A model generated the notes under the pieces. It was not told the DNA's origin and ran no database searches. It saw only the letters and a list, made by a program, of their open reading frames with translations. DNA of 64,000 bases from Hypanus sabinus (taxonomy: Eukaryota): contig NC_082710.1 of NCBI RefSeq assembly GCF_030144855.1, forward strand, positions 183,644,001 to 183,708,000, given 5' to 3'. The first letter of the stretch is position 1. The number at the start of each line of letters is the position of its first letter. Positions 1 to 12,831 of the stretch are shown in pieces. The position numbers and the translations under genes are program-made.

Positions 1-1504
1 GGCAGCATCCTGGTGAATCTCCTCTGCACCCTCTCTAATCCAGGCAGCATCCTGGTAAATCTCCTCTGCACCCTCTCTAATCCAGGCAGCATCCTGGTAA
101 ATCTCCTCTGCACCCTCTCTAATCCAGGCAGCATCCTGGTAAATCTCCTCTGCACCCTCTCTAATCCAGGCAGCATCCTGGTGAATCTCCTCTGCACCCT
201 TTCTAATCCAGGCAGCATCCTGGTAAATCTCCTCTGCACTCTCTCTAATCCAGGCAGCATCCTGGTAAATCTCCTCTGCACTCTCTCTAATCCAGGCAGC
301 ATCCTGGTAAATCTCCTCTGCACCCTCTCTAATCCAGGCAGCATCCTGGTAAATCTCCTCTGCACCCTCTAATCCAGGCAGCATCCTGGTAAATCTCCTT
401 TGCACACTCTCTAATCCAGGCAGCATCCTGGTAAATCTCCTCTGCACCCTCTAATCCAGGCAGCATCCTGGTAAATCTCCTCTGCACTCTCTCTAATCCA
501 GGCAGCATCCTGGTAAATCTCCTCTGCACCCTCTCTAATCCAGGCAGCATCCTGATAAATCTCCTCTGCACACTCTCTAATCCAGGCAGCATCCTGGTAA
601 ATCTCCTCTGCACCCTCTCTAATCCAGGCAGCATCCTGGTGAATCTCCTCTGCACCCTCTCTAATCCAGGCAGCATCCTGGTGAATCTCCTCTGCACCCT
701 CTCTAATCCAGGCAGCATCCAGGTGAATCTCCTCTGCACCCTCTCTAATCCAGGCAGCATCCTGGTGAATCTCCTCTGCACCCTCTCTAATCCAGACAGC
801 ATCCTGGTAAATCTCCTCTGCACCCTCTCTAATCCAGGCAGCATCCTGGTGAATCTCCTCTGCATCCTCTCTAATCCAGGCAGCATCCTGGTGAATCTCC
901 TCTGCACCCTCTCTAATCCAGGCAGCATCCTGGTAAATCTCCTCTGCACCCTCTCTAATCCAGGCAGCATCCTGGTCAATCTCCTCTGCACCCTCTCTAA
1001 TCCAGGCAGCATCCTGGTAAATCTCCTCTGCACCCTCTCTAATCCAGGCAGCATCCTGGTAAATCTCCTCTGCACCCTCTCTAATCCAGACAGCATCCTG
1101 GTAAATCATCTCTGCACCTTCTCTAAGCCAGGCAGCATCCTGGTGAATCTCCTCTGCACCCTCTCTAATCCAGGCAGCATCCTGGTGAATCTCCTCTGCA
1201 CCCTCTCTAATCCAGGCAGCATCCTGGTAAATCTCCTCTGCACCCTCTCTAATCCAGGCAGCATCCTGGTAAATCTCCTCTGCACCCTCTCTAATTCAGG
1301 CAGCATCCTGGTGAATCTCCTCTGCACCCTCTCTAATCCAGGCAGCATCCTGGTAAATCTCCTCTGCACCCTCTCTAACCCAGGCAGCATCCTGGTGAAT
1401 CTCCTCTGCACCCTCTCTAACCCAGGCAGCATCCTGGTGAATCTCCTCTGCACTCTCTCTAATCCAGACAGCACCCTGGTGAATCTCCTCTGCACCCTCT
1501 CTAA
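1..1504 (-). repeat. Tandem array of a 42-bp unit derived from CR1 LINE ORF2 (about 36 copies; truncated by window edge)
   Basis: Unit atccaggcagcatcctggtaaatctcctctgcaccctctcta; the minus strand reads LERVQRRFTRMLPG and joins unrepeated CR1 sequence (EYCVQF..HYRRDVEAL) at 1505-1620. Confidence 0.95.
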
Positions 1505-1919
1505 AGCTTCCACATCCCTCCTATAATGAGACAAACAGAACTGAACACAGTATTCCACGTGGGGTCTAACCAGAGTTTTGCAACATTACCTCACGGCTCT
1601 TGAACTCGATTCCCCAACTAATGAAGGCCAACCCACCGTCCGCCTTCTTAACCCCCCCATCCACTTGATGGACGTGGTCACCAAGATCCCTCTGTTCCTC
1701 CAGACTGCTAAAAATCTTGCCATTAACCCTGCATCTTCAAATTTGACCTTCCAAATTCACATGTCTCCGGATTCTCAGCTCAGCTTTGCATCCTGTCCAT
1801 GTTGCGTTGTAACCTACGGCAGCCTCCTGGACTGTCCACATACACTCATTGATAGTCTGAGCTATCACTCAATGAGGATGAGAGGTAGAAGATGACAAGT
1901 GGGCAACCAAAGGCAGGAA

Positions 1920-2270
1920 ATGGCTAATACAAGGCAGCACAATTTCAGGGTGATTGGAGAGCAGTACACGGGGGGGACATCAGAGGAAGTTCTTTCCTTT
2001 ACACGGAGAGTGGTGAGTACATGGAATGTCCTACCAGGTTGGTGGTAGAGTGAGCTACAACAGGGATGTTTATGAGACTCTCAGGCACAAGGAGGAAAGA
2101 AAAATTGCAGGGCATTGCCCAAAAGAAGGATTAAATTGATCTTAGAGTAGATGAAACAGAAAACATAGAACAGTACAGCACAGAAACAGGCCTTTCGGCC
2201 CAGAATGTTGTGCCAGTCCAGTTAAATAAGCAATCAAACAGCTAGCATTGTGGGCCGAAGGGCCTGTGCT
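1920..2270 (+). mobile_element. CR1 LINE 3' end fragment
   Basis: Degenerate CR1 ORF2 C-terminus (fttacacggagagtggtgagtacatggaatg-like segment) followed by the CR1 tail motif gggccgaagggcctgt; boundaries approximate. Confidence 0.7.
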
Positions 2271-2671
2271 GTTATCAAGCTGACTCAGCTCGGAACCGCA
2301 TCCATCGAGCTCACTTTAGGCGAGCGTCTCTGACCAGATGCATCACTGTCTGGTACGGAAGTCACCGGGATCACCAGGGTTTCTCTTCCACCCATTGCAT
2401 CTTCATCATCAGCGGTGTGTGTGCTGGGGCCTCAGCATTGTCAATGATCCCTCCCATCAGTCCAACAAACTCTTAGACCCCACCATCAGGCAGGACATTC
2501 TTAAAGCTGGGGGAACAGCTTCCTTCCCCAGACTGTGAGGCTGCTGGGCTCCCTGCCACCACCCAGGTCTCACCACCCATGAAACATCAGCAGCGTTACA
2601 CTGTTTACCTTTTAACTTGTGTCGCAAATGCACCTTACTATTTGCTAATTTATTCATGGTAATACTGCTTT

Positions 2672-3020
2672 GGGGAGGAGATACATCTCTACCAAAGGAG
2701 CTGCAAGATGCTCTGTCCCTCCGCCACCCTGCAGGTCACCCCGGCCAAGGTGAAACAACTGCTTAGTCCCCGGATCAGGGTCCCGTGCAGGCAGTCGTAT
2801 GGGCAGCCGGTGTATATCACAAGTCCTGGTTATGTGACCACTAACGCCAGGCAGACAATCTCCGAAGAGTATTGATGATGGCTGGGGTCACCTGTCTTGT
2901 AAAGATACGGCCCAGAAAGTGGCAACGGCAAACCCCTTCTGTAGAAGAGTTTGCTACAAACAATAATGGTCATGGAAAGACCATGATCACCCGTGTCATA
3001 CAACATGGTACATGAAGAAC
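2672..3020 (+). mobile_element. Non-autonomous RTE-like short element
   Basis: ggggaggag...ggcaaaccccttctgtagaagagtttgc...catggaaagaccatgatc resembles the RTE-type 3' tail; recognised by eye. Confidence 0.5.
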
Positions 3021-3327
3021 AAATAAAGGTTATTTTGTGTGTTATTTGTGTGAGTTACATGTACTGTATTGTGTACCTTGGTCCACAGGAGCATCATTTC
3101 ATTTGGCTGAATGACAATAAACTGAACTTGAACTTTCCCCAGCCGGCTACATGCAACAAGGCCATATCTGTCGGGCTACAGATTCACCGAGCTGCACGAG
3201 ACTGGTTGTGATGATACTACAGCCTCTCTCCAGCCCTGCGAGCTGCATTCAGCCAGACAACATCCCCTGGTTTATGCTCACAGTGCCTCCTCCCCACCAC
3301 CGGTTTGCTCCTAGTCCCCGGACTGAC

Positions 3328-3600
3328 CTGGGATCTTCAGCCTGGATGTCAGTGCCTTCACCCTTTCGGCCTTCACCCTGCACTTGATATCAGTCGTGTC
3401 ACTCATCACGTCCATGGAGCTGGAAATGCCGTAGAAGCCATCCTTATCCTTGGTCTTCTGGACGGCAGCCTGCACCTCCTGCCCTCCGCTTCTGGTCCAA
3501 AGAATATTGGGTTCGGGGTACCAGCCAGAGGAGCTGCACTGGATCTTGATCCCGTTGCCTTGGTAACCTTCCAACCGAATGGTAGGTTGCAGACCCAGGC
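3328..3600 (-). CDS. BTN-like gene 1, IgC exon (273 nt, phase 1-1)
   Basis: ctctccacag acceptor and gtcagt donor. Encodes (S)LGLQPTIRLEGYQGNGIKIQCSSSGWYPEPNILW...DGFYGISSSM...IKCRV...RLKIP, with the BTN/B7 IgC motif C-x-S-x-GWYPEP. Confidence 0.93.
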
Positions 3601-4329
3601 CTGTGGAGAGACAAATCAAGTTCAGAATCAGCTCTAGTATCACTGACATTCGTTGTGAAATTTGTTGTCTTGCCGCAGCAGTACTGTGCAAGACGTAAAA
3701 ATTACTATCAATTAGAATAAGAATCTATGTTAAAAAATATAGCAAAAGAGTGAGGTAGTGTCCATGGACCTTTTAGAAATGTGATGGTGGAGAGAAGAAT
3801 CTGGTCCTAAAACATCGAGTGTGTACCTCCTGCTTTTTTTAATTATTTTTGTTTATGTTATTGTGTGTTATTTTGTACTGCATGGAGTCCGGAGTAATTA
3901 TTATTTCATTCTCCTTTATGTTTGTGTACTGGAAATACCATTAAACAATCTTGAATCTCCTCCCTGATGTAGAATGTCACCCCCCTGAGGCATCGCCTTT
4001 TGGAGGCGTCCTGGATGCTGAGGAGGCGAGGGCCCACGATGAGCCTGTAACTTCTGCATCACTGCCTGGTAGGGAGGGGCCACTGCACAGGGTTGGAAAA
4101 AAACTGCCAACTCAGCCATCTCCGTCAAGGCCACTAGCCACCCCATCTTTCAAAAGGCAATGACTCAAAAAGGCGGCATCCGTCATTAAGGGCCCTCACC
4201 GTCCAGAACATGCCCTCTTCTCACGTTACCGTCAGAGAGGAGGTACAGGAGCCTGGTGCCGGAATGGATTAATACGGGGAAAAAGAGGGTTGGGGATTCA
4301 GGGAGGGAGGAAGAGGGTTGTCAAGATGG

Positions 4330-4690
4330 ATTGATATGGGGAGAGAGATAGGGGATGTGTACGATCACGCACTTTGGTGGAAGGAGTAAAGGCATAGACT
4401 ACTTTCTAAACAGGGAGAAAATTCACAAATCACGGATGCAAAGAGACTTGGGAGTCCTCGAGCAGGATTCCATAAAGGTCAACTTGCAGGTTGAATCGGG
4501 GGTGAGGAAGGCCAATGCAATATTACCATTTATTTTGAGAGGACTAAAGTACAAGAGCAGGGATACATAAGGGATTGGTCAGACCACACAGAGTATTGAG
4601 AGCAATTTTGGGCCCCTTATCTGAGAAAGGATGTGCTGGCATCAGAGAGGGTCCAGAGGAAATTCACAAGAATGATCTCAGGAGAGAAGT
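4330..4690 (+). mobile_element. CR1 LINE ORF2 fragment in the V-C intron of gene 1
   Basis: Translation includes HFGGRSKG..YFLN..QRDLGVL..RKANAILPFILRGLKYKS and ERVQRKFTRMI. Confidence 0.85.
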
Positions 4691-4753
4691 ATCAGATCAG
4701 AGAGGAAGTTGGGAAAGAGCCTGGGACAGAGACAAGGTATTCGAGAAACTTAC

Positions 4754-5113
4754 TGGAAACCTTCAGTGGAACAAGTGCCTGCTCAGGGACTCTGTTAAAC
4801 TCCACCATACACAAGTATTCCCCTTCATCGGTCAGCCGCACGCCACTCAACCTGAGCGAGACATTGCCCTTTTGGAAGTCATCCTTGAAGAGCTCGGTGC
4901 GGCCCCGGTAAGCCTCGTCCTGGTCCTCCACCACATCCTTGCCGTTGCGGTACAGGTGGACGATGGTGCTCGCCTGGGAGTCGCTGCGCATCCAGCGTAT
5001 CTCCATGTTGAATGGCATGTTCTCCGGGATCAGCTGACACTCCAGAACAGCCACGCCTTGAACCATGGCCACGATGGCCTGCGCCGGCCCCGTGACCTTG
5101 TACTGTTGTGCCC
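4754..5113 (-). CDS. BTN-like gene 1, IgV exon (360 nt, phase 1-1)
   Basis: Pyrimidine tract plus caag acceptor; gtaagt donor. Encodes (R)AQQYKVTGPAQAIVAMVQGVAVLECQL...EIRW...VHLYRNGKD...QDEAYRGRTELFKDDFQKGNVSLRL..V..TDEGEYLCMV...LKVS, the canonical BTN/MOG IgV signature. Confidence 0.95.
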
Positions 5114-5209
5114 CTTGTATAGTGGGAGAGAGGAGAGAAGCAGGTGTGTTATCCCACAGATACTCGAGTAAAGATACACCGTGAGCAGTTAATTAGGAAG
5201 GTTGGTTTT

Positions 5210-5390
5210 GGGAGGGTAGCGGGCGGCGTAACGCTTTACGGCACAAGTTGACTGTAAGGGCTTCATACACTCTCCCTGTGACCGCGTGGGTCTCCTCCGG
5301 GTGCTCCCATTGCTTCCCACAGTCCAAAGACGTACTGGTTACTAGCTTAATTGGGTTCATTTGGCCAGAAGGGCCTGTTACCCAGCTGTA
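5210..5390 (+). mobile_element. tRNA-derived (V-SINE-like) SINE; related copies near 22100-22260, 42150-42250 and on minus near 5520, 31340, 48540, 58700
   Basis: Core gggtctcctccgggtgctcc...cccacagtccaaagacgtac recurs many times in the window. Confidence 0.65.
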
Positions 5391-6232
5391 TCTTGGGATA
5401 CACAGTTTAGATAAAAGTCCAGATGAAGGGTCTCGGCCTGAAATGTCGACCTATTGTTCCAATCCATAACAGGCCCTTCCCGCCCAACGAGGGCCGCCAC
5501 ACATTTACAACCATGGGACCCATGAATCTCCCAACCCATACATCTCTGGAATGTGGGAGGAAACAGAGGAAACCCCTGAGCTCACAGGGAGAACGTTTTT
5601 ACAGAAAGAACCTCCTCCGCAATGCCAACAAGACAAATGAGGTGGTTGTCGACACCTCTCACATCCCTCTTTACGTCGATAGCACGGCAGTGGAAAGGGC
5701 GACCAGTTCCAAACTCCTGAGACTGTACATCTCACACGACCTCTCACCGTCCCAGAACACAGCTCACCGACACCTCTACTTTCTGAGGAGAGCTGGTCTT
5801 TGCACATCTATACTCATGTCATTGTACAGATGAGCAGCATGTTAGATTGCTAACATGGAACCTGCATTGCAGGGGGCAGGAGGACTCTGCGACTGGGGGC
5901 CAAAACTGCCCAATGCATCACTGGCGCCTGCTACCCACCGCCAAGGATGCATATCCAGAAAGCTGCAAGAAACTACCAGAGTCTACGGACAGTCCGCAAG
6001 AGCCACCACACTTCCGGTGCCAACATAGCATGCCCACAACTCACTAACCCTAACCTGGGACGTGGGTGAAAACCGGAGAACCTGGTGGAAATACAAGGAG
6101 AACATACAAACAGCAGTAGGAATTGAAACCTCAGCAGTCCTCACTGGTGCAATAAAGCGACTGAATCAACCCTACGCTACTGTGCCACCATGAGAGGGGA
6201 CTTCAGACTCTGGAGAAAATGGCATCACTCAC

Positions 6233-6299
6233 TGGCACAGGCGAAGCAGATCCCACAGAAAATCAGGATTTGAGTCCAGCGCATCTTCCATCTACCCAT
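6233..6299 (-). CDS. BTN-like gene 1, leader (signal peptide) exon, coding part
   Basis: ATG at 6299 gives MGRWKMRWTQILIFCGICFACA + A|gtgagt (phase 1, matches IgV). A strong acceptor (ctcac branch point, pyrimidine tract, gcag) at 6333 implies 33 nt of 5'UTR and an upstream non-coding exon. Confidence 0.85.
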
Positions 6300-6969
6300 G
6301 TCTCTTCACACCAGCAGTAAACCAATGGATTCCTGCAACACAGAGCAAGAGGTGAGTAATAAAACGCCACGAGGATCTTCGCGATCACCCTCCCTCCCAT
6401 TTGTGACATTTACAGGGATTGTCGTAGATAAAGGGCCCAAAGCATTGCAGGTGATCCCTACCACCCATCCCACAAACTCTTTGACCCACTACTGTCAGGA
6501 AGGAGGTAGAGGAGCATCAGGACCAGGACTGCCAGACTGGGTAACAGCTTCTACCCCAGGCTGTGAGACTGATGAGACTGGCCACCACAAAGTCTCAATA
6601 GGACAGCGAGCTGTGTACTGTTCACCTGTGCTGAGCTCCAAATGCATCTTGAATTATATTCTATAACCTTGCATATGGCAATATTCTGTTATGTGCTGTG
6701 TGTGATACATGTTCTGTGGGTGCCATGTGATCTGGAGGAACGTCGCTTTGTTTGGTTCTATGTATGTACAGTCAGATGATAATAAACTTGAACTTGAAAA
6801 GGAGGTAAGAAACAGGAGTGGGAGTTGGCCAATCCACAACTCAGAGGATCCTTATTTAATTCAGAGATCCAGAATGGTAACAGGCCCTTCTGGTCTTACA
6901 AGCCAATTACACCCATTAACAAACTACCAGCCCATGGCATTGCAGAAACGATTTCAGCATGGAGAAAGC

Positions 6970-7318
6970 ACAGTCTGAATGGGAATAAAGAATGGGAATA
7001 AAGGGGGCCTTTTCTCCTTGGCTGCCAGTGACGAGTGGTGTTCTGCAGAGATTGGTGTTGGGACCCATTCTTTTTATGTTATACAACAATAATTTGGATG
7101 ACACAATTGATGGTTTTGTGACCAAGACGGTGGATGAAACAAAAATAAATAGAGGGGCAGGTAATTTTACAGGAATCAGGGACTCTGCAGAAAGACTTAA
7201 GACATATCAGGAGAATGGGCAAAGCAGTGGCAGATTGAATACAGTGTTGGGAAGTGTATGGTCATGCACTTTGGTAGAAATAATAAAAGCATTGACTATT
7301 TTCTGAACGGGGAGAAAA
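6970..7318 (+). mobile_element. CR1 LINE RT fragment
   Basis: Translation WLPVTSGVLQRLVLGPILFMLYNNNLDD..DGFVTK..DETKI. Confidence 0.85.
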
Positions 7319-7319
7319 C

Positions 7320-10300
7320 CCAACCCAACCCAACGACAAGCCCCATCCATCCATACATTCCTACAACTCAGTGATAATCTCCATCCATTCCTCACTGAAC
7401 ACAATCCTCCAAACCAACAAGCCCCATCCATCCTCATACACAATCCCCCAACTCATCAAGCCTCATCCATCCTCATACACAATCCCCCAACTCATCAAGC
7501 CTCATCCATCCTCATACACAATCCCCCAACCCAACGACAAACCTCATCCACCCACATACACAATCCCCGAACCCAATAACAAGCCTCATCCACCCACATA
7601 CACAATCCCCCAACCCAACGACAAGCCTCATCCATCCTCATACACAATCCCCCAACCCAACGACAAACCCCATCCATCCTCATACACAATCCCCCAACCC
7701 AACAACAAGCCTCATCCATCCTCATACACAATCCCCCAACCCAACGACAAACCTCATCCACCCACATACACAATCCCCCAACCCAACGACAAGCCTCATC
7801 CATCCTCATACACAATCCCCCAACCCAACGACAAACCTCATCCATCCTCATACACAATCCCCCAACCCAACGACAAACCCCATCCACCCACATACACAAT
7901 CCCCCAACCCAACGACAAGCCTCATCCATCCTCATACACAATCCCCCAACCCAACGACAAGCCTCATCCATCCTCATACACAATCCCCGAACCCAACGAC
8001 AAACCTCATCCACCCACATACACAATCCCCCAACCCAACGACAAGCCTCATCCATCCTCATACACAATCCCCCAACCCAACGACAAGCCTCATCCATCCT
8101 CATACACAATCCCCCAACCCAACAACAAGCCTCATCCACCCACATACACAATCCCCCAACCCAACGACAAACCTCATCCATCCTCATACACAATCCCCCA
8201 ACCCAACGACAAGCCTCATCCATCCACATACACAATCCCCCAACCCAACGACAAGCCTCATCCATCCTCATACACAATCCCCCAACCCAACGACAAGCCC
8301 CATCCATCCTCATACACAATCCCCCAACCCAACGACAAGCCTCATCCATCCTCATACACAATCCCCCAACCCAACGAAAAACCTCATCCATCCTCATACA
8401 CAATCCCCCAACCCAACGACAAGCCTCATCCATCCTCATACACAATCCCCCAACCCAACGACAAACCTCATCCACCCACATACACAATCCCCCAACCCAA
8501 CGACAAGCCTCATCCATCCTCATACACAATCCCCCAACTCAACGACAAGCCCCATCCATCCTCATACACAATCCCCCAACCCAACGACAAACCTCATCCA
8601 CCCACATACACAATCCCCCAACCCAACGACAAGCCCCATCCATCCTCATACACAATCCCCGAACCCAACGACAAACCTCATCCACCCACATACACAATCC
8701 CCCAACCCAACGACAAACCTCATCCACCCACATACACAATCCCCCAACCCAACGACAAACCTCATCCACCCACATACACAATCCCCCAACCCAACGACAG
8801 GCCTCATCCATCCTCATACACAATCCCCCAACCCAACGACAAGCCTCATCCATCCTCATACACAATCCCCCAACCCAACAACAAGCCCCATCCATCCTCA
8901 TACACAATCCCCCAACCCAACGACAAACCTCATCCATCCTCATACACAATCCACCAACCCAACGACAAGCCTCATCCATCCTCATACACAATCCCCCAAC
9001 TCAACAACAAGCCCCATCCACCCACATACACAATCCCCCAACCCAACGACAGGCCTCATCCATCCTCATACACAATCCCCCAACCCAACGACAAACCCCA
9101 TCCATCCTCATACACAATCCTCCAACCCAACAACAAGCCCCATCCATCCTCATACACAATCCCCCAACCCAACGACAAGCCTCATCCATCCTCATACACA
9201 ATCCCCCAACCCAACAACAAGCCCCATCCATCCTCATACACAATCCCCCAACCCAACGACAAACCTCATCCATCCTCATACACAATCCACCAACCCAACG
9301 ACAAGCCTCATCCATCCTCATACACAATCCCCCAACTCAACAACAAGCCCCATCCACCCACATACACAATCCCCCAACCCAACGACAGGCCTCATCCATC
9401 CTCATACACAATCCCCCAACCCAACGACAAACCCCATCCATCCTCATACACAATCCCCCAACCCAACAACAAGCCCCATCCATCCTCATACACAATCCCC
9501 CAACCCAACGACAAGCCTCATCCATCCTCATACACAATCCCCCAACCCAACGACAAACCCCATCCATCCTCATACACAATCCCCCAACCCAACGACAAAC
9601 CTCATCCATCCTCATACACAATCCCCCAACCCAACGACAAGCCTCATCCATCCTCATACACAATCCCCCAACCCAACGACAAGCCTCATCCATCCACATA
9701 CACAATCCCCCAACCCAACGACAAGCCTCATCCACCCACATACACAATCCCCCAACCCAACGACAAGCCTCATCCATCCTCATACACAATCCCCCAACCC
9801 AACAACAAGCCTCATCCATCCACATACACAATCCCCCAACCCAACGACAAACCTCATCCATCCTCATACACAATCCCCCAACCCAACGACAAACCTCATC
9901 CATCCTCATACACAATCCCCCAACCCAACGACAAGCCTCATCCATCCTCATACACAATCCCCCAACCCAACGACAAGCCCCATCCATTCTCATACACAAT
10001 CCACCAACCCAACGACAAACCTCATCCACCCACATACACAATCCCCCAACCCAACGACAAGCCTCATCCACCCACATACACAATCCCCCAACCCAACGAC
10101 AAGCCTCATCCATCCTCATACACAATCCCCCAACCCAACGACAAACCCCATCCATCCTCATACACAATCCCCCAACCCAACGACAAGCCTCATCCATCCT
10201 CATACACAATCCCCCAACCCAACGACAAGCCCCATCCATTCTCATACACAATCCCCCAACCCAACGACAAACCTCATCCATTCTCATACACAATCCACCA

Positions 10301-11275
10301 ACCCAACGACAAACCTCATCCACCCACATACACAATCCCCCAACCCAACGACAAGCCTCATCCATCCTCATACACAATCCCCCAACCCAACGACAAGCCT
10401 CATCCATCCTCATACACAATCCCCGAACCCAACGACAAGCCTCATCCACCCACATACACAATCCCCCAACCCAACGACAAGCCCCATCCATCCTCATACA
10501 CAATCCCCCAACCCAACGACAAACCCCATCCATCCTCATACACAATCCCCCAACCCAACGACAAGCCCCATCCATTCTCATACACAATCCCCCAACCCAA
10601 CGACAAACCTCATCCATCCTCATACACAATCCCCCAACCCAACGACAAGCCTCATCCACCCACATACACAATCCCCCAACCCAACAACAAGCCCCATCCA
10701 TCCTCATACACAATCCCCCAACCCAACAACAAGCCCCATCCATCCTCATACACAATCCCCCAACCCAACGACAAGCCCCATCCATCCTCATACACAATCC
10801 CCCAACCCAACGACAAACCTCATCCACCCACATACACAATCCCCCAACCCAACGACAAACCTCATCCATCCTCATACACAATCCCCCAACCCAACGACAA
10901 ACCTCATCCACCCACATACACAATCCCCCAACCCAACGACAAGCCTCATCCATCCTCATACACAATCCCCCAACCCAACGACAAGCCTCATCCATCCTCA
11001 TACACAATCCCCCAACCCAACGACAAGCCTCATCCATCCTCATACACAATCCCCCAACCCAACAACAAGCCTCATCCACCCACATACACAATCCCCCAAC
11101 CCAACGACAAGCCCCATCCATCCTCATACACAATCCCCCAACCCAACGACAAGCCTCATCCACCCACATACACAATCCCCCAACCCAACGACAAACCCCA
11201 TCCATCCTCATACACAATCCTCCAACCCAACAACAAGCCCCATCCATTCTCATACACAATCCCCCAACCCAATGA
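7320..11275. repeat. Tandem array, 42-bp unit unrelated to the CR1 unit (about 94 copies)
   Basis: Unit cccaacccaacgacaagcctcatccatcctcatacacaatcc. Confidence 0.95.
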
Positions 11276-11589
11276 CTAGCTGTCTGTGAACTCCAATCTC
11301 TAGCGGACTCGTTGATTCGCAGTCACTGGCCTTTTGATTTCAGCACAATCAATATACCTCCCCATAACTTCAAATGAGTATAAGTGAAGAGGTTATTTCC
11401 TATAGTAGAGGGCACAGCCCTCTATATGGACGTCCATTTACAACAGAGTTGAGGAGGAATTTTTTTAGCCAGAGGGTGGTGAATCTGTGGAATTCATTGC
11501 CACAGACAGCTGAAGAAGCAAGTCATTGGGTATATTTAAAGCACAAGTTTGGATTGATAAGAGAAGAAGTTAGACAGGAAGGGAAGGAC

Positions 11590-11803
11590 TGTGGCGACCC
11601 ATTTCCTGGCGTATCCGAACCGACTCACAATTAGATAGCCTACGGGGGTTTGCGAGCACAGAGTTTGGAGCCTCTGCGCCATGGGGGGCCGGTTGACAGA
11701 GGCTTAAAAGTGAGACTGAAGTTTTCGAATAAAGTTTTTTCCTTCGACTGCAGTTACCGACTCCGTGTCGTAATTTTAGCGCTGCGTGTAGCACACCGCT
11801 ACA
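11590..11803 (+). mobile_element. Solo LTR (214 bp)
   Basis: TGTGGCG...CGCTACA termini, AATAAA at 11728-11733, and a 4-bp target-site duplication GGAC on both sides. Confidence 0.85.
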
Positions 11804-12399
11804 GGACTATATTGACTTGACTTAGAATTGGCATACTATGCTTGATTATTCCTTGTATCCTGTTGGATACATCACTCTGGGATATGAATGCGTTGTCATC
11901 ACTATGAAACAGTTGAACACATTATTTTACAATGTGAAGCACACAAGGTTGAAAGAAAGCAAATACAGGCTGCACCACTCGCTTTGGGGTCGGTAGTTTT
12001 CATTTTAAAAACTTCACTAAGTTATGGAAGAGATCTGTCTTCCATTATTTACAATTTACAGGGATCTTAGGGGTTATTAGTTTTCAGTTGAAAACCTACA
12101 ACACAATAAAGGCCCTTCGGCCCACGAAGTTGTGCCCAATATGTCCCTCTATAATAAATAGAAATTACCATTCCCTCTATTTCATTTCCGAACTCTGTAC
12201 ACCTTACTCCAGTCCAGCTGGTGACGGGAACGCACCTTGAAATTGGACTGGGAACCGCCATTAAAAGTCAAAAGCAGGTTCTTGATTAATCGGGGCATCA
12301 AAGGCGGGGAGTAGGTCGAAAATGATAATAAACCAACAACGATGAAATGGCGGAACGAACCCGAGGTGCCGAATGGCTTAATTCTGTTCATGAGTCCGA

Positions 12400-12830
12400 C
12401 GGAACTGGAGTTCGGCCGGCAGGCCCCGGGCTAGCCCAGCCGCAACAAACATCAGTCCATAGCCGGGTACAACGTTTCGGACCGAGGTAACCATTCGGCC
12501 TATGCTCACCTGCTGGGGGAACCGCGGTCTCTGTCGGTACCAGATGAGGGCCTTCCGGGTCTTGTTTAGTTTCACTTTGTGAACGTGACGCCGAGCGGAG
12601 TCGGGCTTCTGCGATCAGAGACTGCCGGAGTCTGGCCGATCCCCTCACCGGCAGCGCTCCGAGTCTGTAAATCTCCCTTCCGTCACGGTGTCAACCGGAC
12701 AGCCGGCCGCTCTCCGGATCTCGCCGGACAGGCGGTCGCTCTCCGGATCCTGTGACAAGGTCCGGACTCCGCTCTCTGAACCCGGGCTCCGCCTTCCGAC
12801 AGCGAACTGGGCGCGGCCGCCGACGGCAGG
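12400..12830 (-). promoter_or_regulatory. CpG-rich island; candidate promoter / non-coding first exon of gene 1
   Basis: Dense CpG in otherwise CpG-poor DNA; GC boxes; minus-strand donors CCG|gtgagg (about 12648) and CAG|gtgagc (about 12509). The gene 1 leader exon needs an upstream exon. Assignment is inference. Confidence 0.45.
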
Positions 12831-12831
12831 G

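Noticed and set aside
1740-1930. Possible TM exon of gene 1 (minus frame PFPAFGCPLVIFYL...)
   Set aside because: Hydrophobic run too short, in-frame stops and wrong phase; the TM exon probably lies left of the window.
6330-6400. Apparent frameshifted leader MGGRVIAKILVAF(LLLTSCSVL...)
   Set aside because: Better explained as the branch point, pyrimidine tract and acceptor of the true leader exon (6233-6332).
7371-11279. 1302-aa proline-rich extensin/mucin-like ORF
   Set aside because: Pure tandem repeat with no signal peptide or splice context; antisense to, and inside, the probable 5' intron of gene 1.
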